DNA of 64,000 nt from Eledone cirrhosa (lineage: Eukaryota): positions 30,938,001-31,002,000 of the forward strand of contig OZ024748.1 in NCBI GenBank assembly GCA_964016885.1, written 5' to 3'. Positions 62,601 through 64,000 of this stretch are shown here, piece by piece. Within the stretch, counting starts at the first letter, position 1. Each line of letters begins with the position of its first letter. Below the pieces are notes generated by a model, which saw only the letters and a list, made by a program, of their open reading frames with translations, was not told the DNA's origin and ran no database searches. Position numbers and translations under genes: made by a program.

Positions 62601-64000
62601 TGGTCGTAGCCTTAAACCTCTGCCCAAAGCCCTAGAATGAGCCTTAAACCCCAAGCCGAAGCTTTAGACTTAAACTTAAACCCTAACCCAAGTCTTAGAC
62701 TTAGAGTTAAACCCTAACCCCAAGGCTTAGACTTAGATTTAAACCCCAACCCCAAGCCTTAGACTTAGACTTACACCCCAACCCCTAGCCTTAGACGTAA
62801 ACTTAAACCCCAACTCCAAGCCTCAGACTTAGAATTAAACCCCAGCCCCAAGCCTTATACATAGACTTAAACCACAACCCCAAGCCTTAGCCCAACCCGT
62901 AAACTTAAACCCCAACCCCAAGCCTTAGATTTAGACTTAAACTCCAATCCTAAGCCTTAGACATAGACTTAAACCCCAACCCAAGCTCTAGACATCGACA
63001 TAAACCCCAACCACAAGCATTAGACTTAGAACTAAACTCCAACCCCAAGCCTTAGACTTGAACGCCAACCCCAAGCCTTAGACTTAGACATAAACGCCCT
63101 CCCCCAAGCCTTAGACTTAGACTTAAACCCCAAATCGAAGCCTTAGACTTAAACCCTAACACCAACACTTAGACTTAGACTTAAACCTCAAACCCAAGCC
63201 TTAGACGTAAAATTAAACCCCAACTCCAAGACTTAGACTTAAACCCCAACCTCAAGCCTTAGACGTAGTCTTAAACCCCAACCCAAAGCCTTAGACTTAG
63301 AATTAAACTCCAACCCCAAGCCTTAGGCATAGACTTCAAGCGCAAGCGTTAGACTTAGACTTGAACCCCAACCATAAGCATAAGACTTAGACTTAAAGCC
63401 CAACCCCAAAACTTAGACTTAGACTTAAACCCCAACCCCTAGCCTTAGACTTAAAGCCCAACCCAAAGCCTTAGACTTAAACTTAAACCCTAACCCAAGT
63501 CTTAGACTTAGAGTTAAATCCTAACCCCAAGGCTTAGACTTAGATTTAAACCCCAATCCCAAGCTTTAGACTTAGACGTAAACCCAAACTCCAAGCCTTA
63601 GAATTAAATCCAAATCACAACACTTAGACTTAAACACGAACCCAACCTTATCCTTAGAATTAGACTTATACCCCAACCCCAAGCCTTAGACTTAGACTTA
63701 AACCCTAACGCCAAGCATTAGATTTATACTCACGTCCTAAACCCAAGCCTTAGATTTAGACTTAAACCCTAACCACATGCCTTAGATTTAGACTTAAACC
63801 CGAACCCCAAGCCTCAGACGTAGACTTAAACCACAAACCCAAGCGTTAGACCTAGACTTAAACCCCAAGCCTTAGGCTTAGACTTAAACCCTAAACTTAA
63901 ACCTTAGAGTTATATTTAACCCCAATCCCGAGCCTGAGACTTAAACTTAAACCCAAACCCCAAGCCTTAGAATTAGACTTAAAACCCAACCTAAAGCCTT
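50603..64000 (+). repeat. Satellite block C, C-rich strand on top
   Basis: Orientation reverts at ttagacttagactaagacgtagac (50603) and stays C-rich to the end of the window. Confidence 0.97.
52144..63240 (+). repeat. Tandem higher-order repeat, period about 3028 bp, about 3.7 near-identical copies
   Basis: aacgccaatcc at 52144, 55172, 58167 and 61194; ccagaagccttaggc at 53041, 56069, 59064 and 62091 (spacings 3028, 2995, 3027). Confidence 0.95.

Larger units (their letters stand above)
1..64000. repeat. Degenerate tandem satellite DNA, 32-bp consensus monomer (GACTTAAACCCCAACCCCAAGCCTTAGACTTA) with a 26-bp variant; hexamer substructure, telomere-like
   Basis: The motif ...AAACCCCAACCCCAAGCCTTAGACTTAGACTT... 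or its reverse complement recurs continuously from the first to the last line with scattered substitutions. No non-satellite stretch was seen, and the array runs off both ends of the window. Confidence 0.98.

Noticed and set aside
1-64000. Repetitive protein-coding ORF (for example RLRLKPQPQ or LGLGFKSKS-type translations)
   Set aside because: The 32- and 26-bp monomers are not multiples of 3, so frames rotate into TAG/TAA stops within about three monomers on both strands. Frequent 1-bp indels show no frame conservation.
1-64000. CRISPR array (repeat length about 32 bp)
   Set aside because: Monomers are directly adjacent and degenerate, there are no unique spacers, and no leader or cas genes are present.
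1-64000. True telomere or pure interstitial telomeric tract
   Set aside because: No long uninterrupted (TTAGGG)n or (TTGGGG)n run was seen. The hexamers occur mostly as pairs embedded in the 32-bp monomer.

Overview
The whole 64 kb window is one degenerate tandem satellite array. I see no genes, RNA genes, transposons, CRISPR arrays or unique-sequence islands. The consensus monomer read by eye is 32 bp, GACTTA-AACCCC-AACCCC-AAGCCTTA-GACTTA (other strand TAAGTC-TAAGGCTT-GGGGTT-GGGGTT-TAAGTC), with a frequent 26-bp form lacking one GACTTA. It is built from telomere-like hexamers (TTGGGG, with TTAGGG variants), which suggests eukaryotic heterochromatin, but the organism and satellite family cannot be identified from the sequence. 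The array has three orientation blocks: C-rich strand on top at 1-16108, G-rich at about 16109-50602 (a 34.5 kb inverted block), and C-rich again at 50603-64000. Both switches are abrupt, with no spacer. Several kb-scale higher-order repeats (HORs) with different periods are layered on the monomers (offsets about 4.34, 3.85, 2.90, 3.41, 1.24-1.27 and 3.03 kb). The most unusual local feature is a 38-bp hairpin present four times in the inverted block, whose 3-nt loop is flipped in one copy (GTA versus TAC). All coordinates were counted by hand, and HOR boundaries are approximate.
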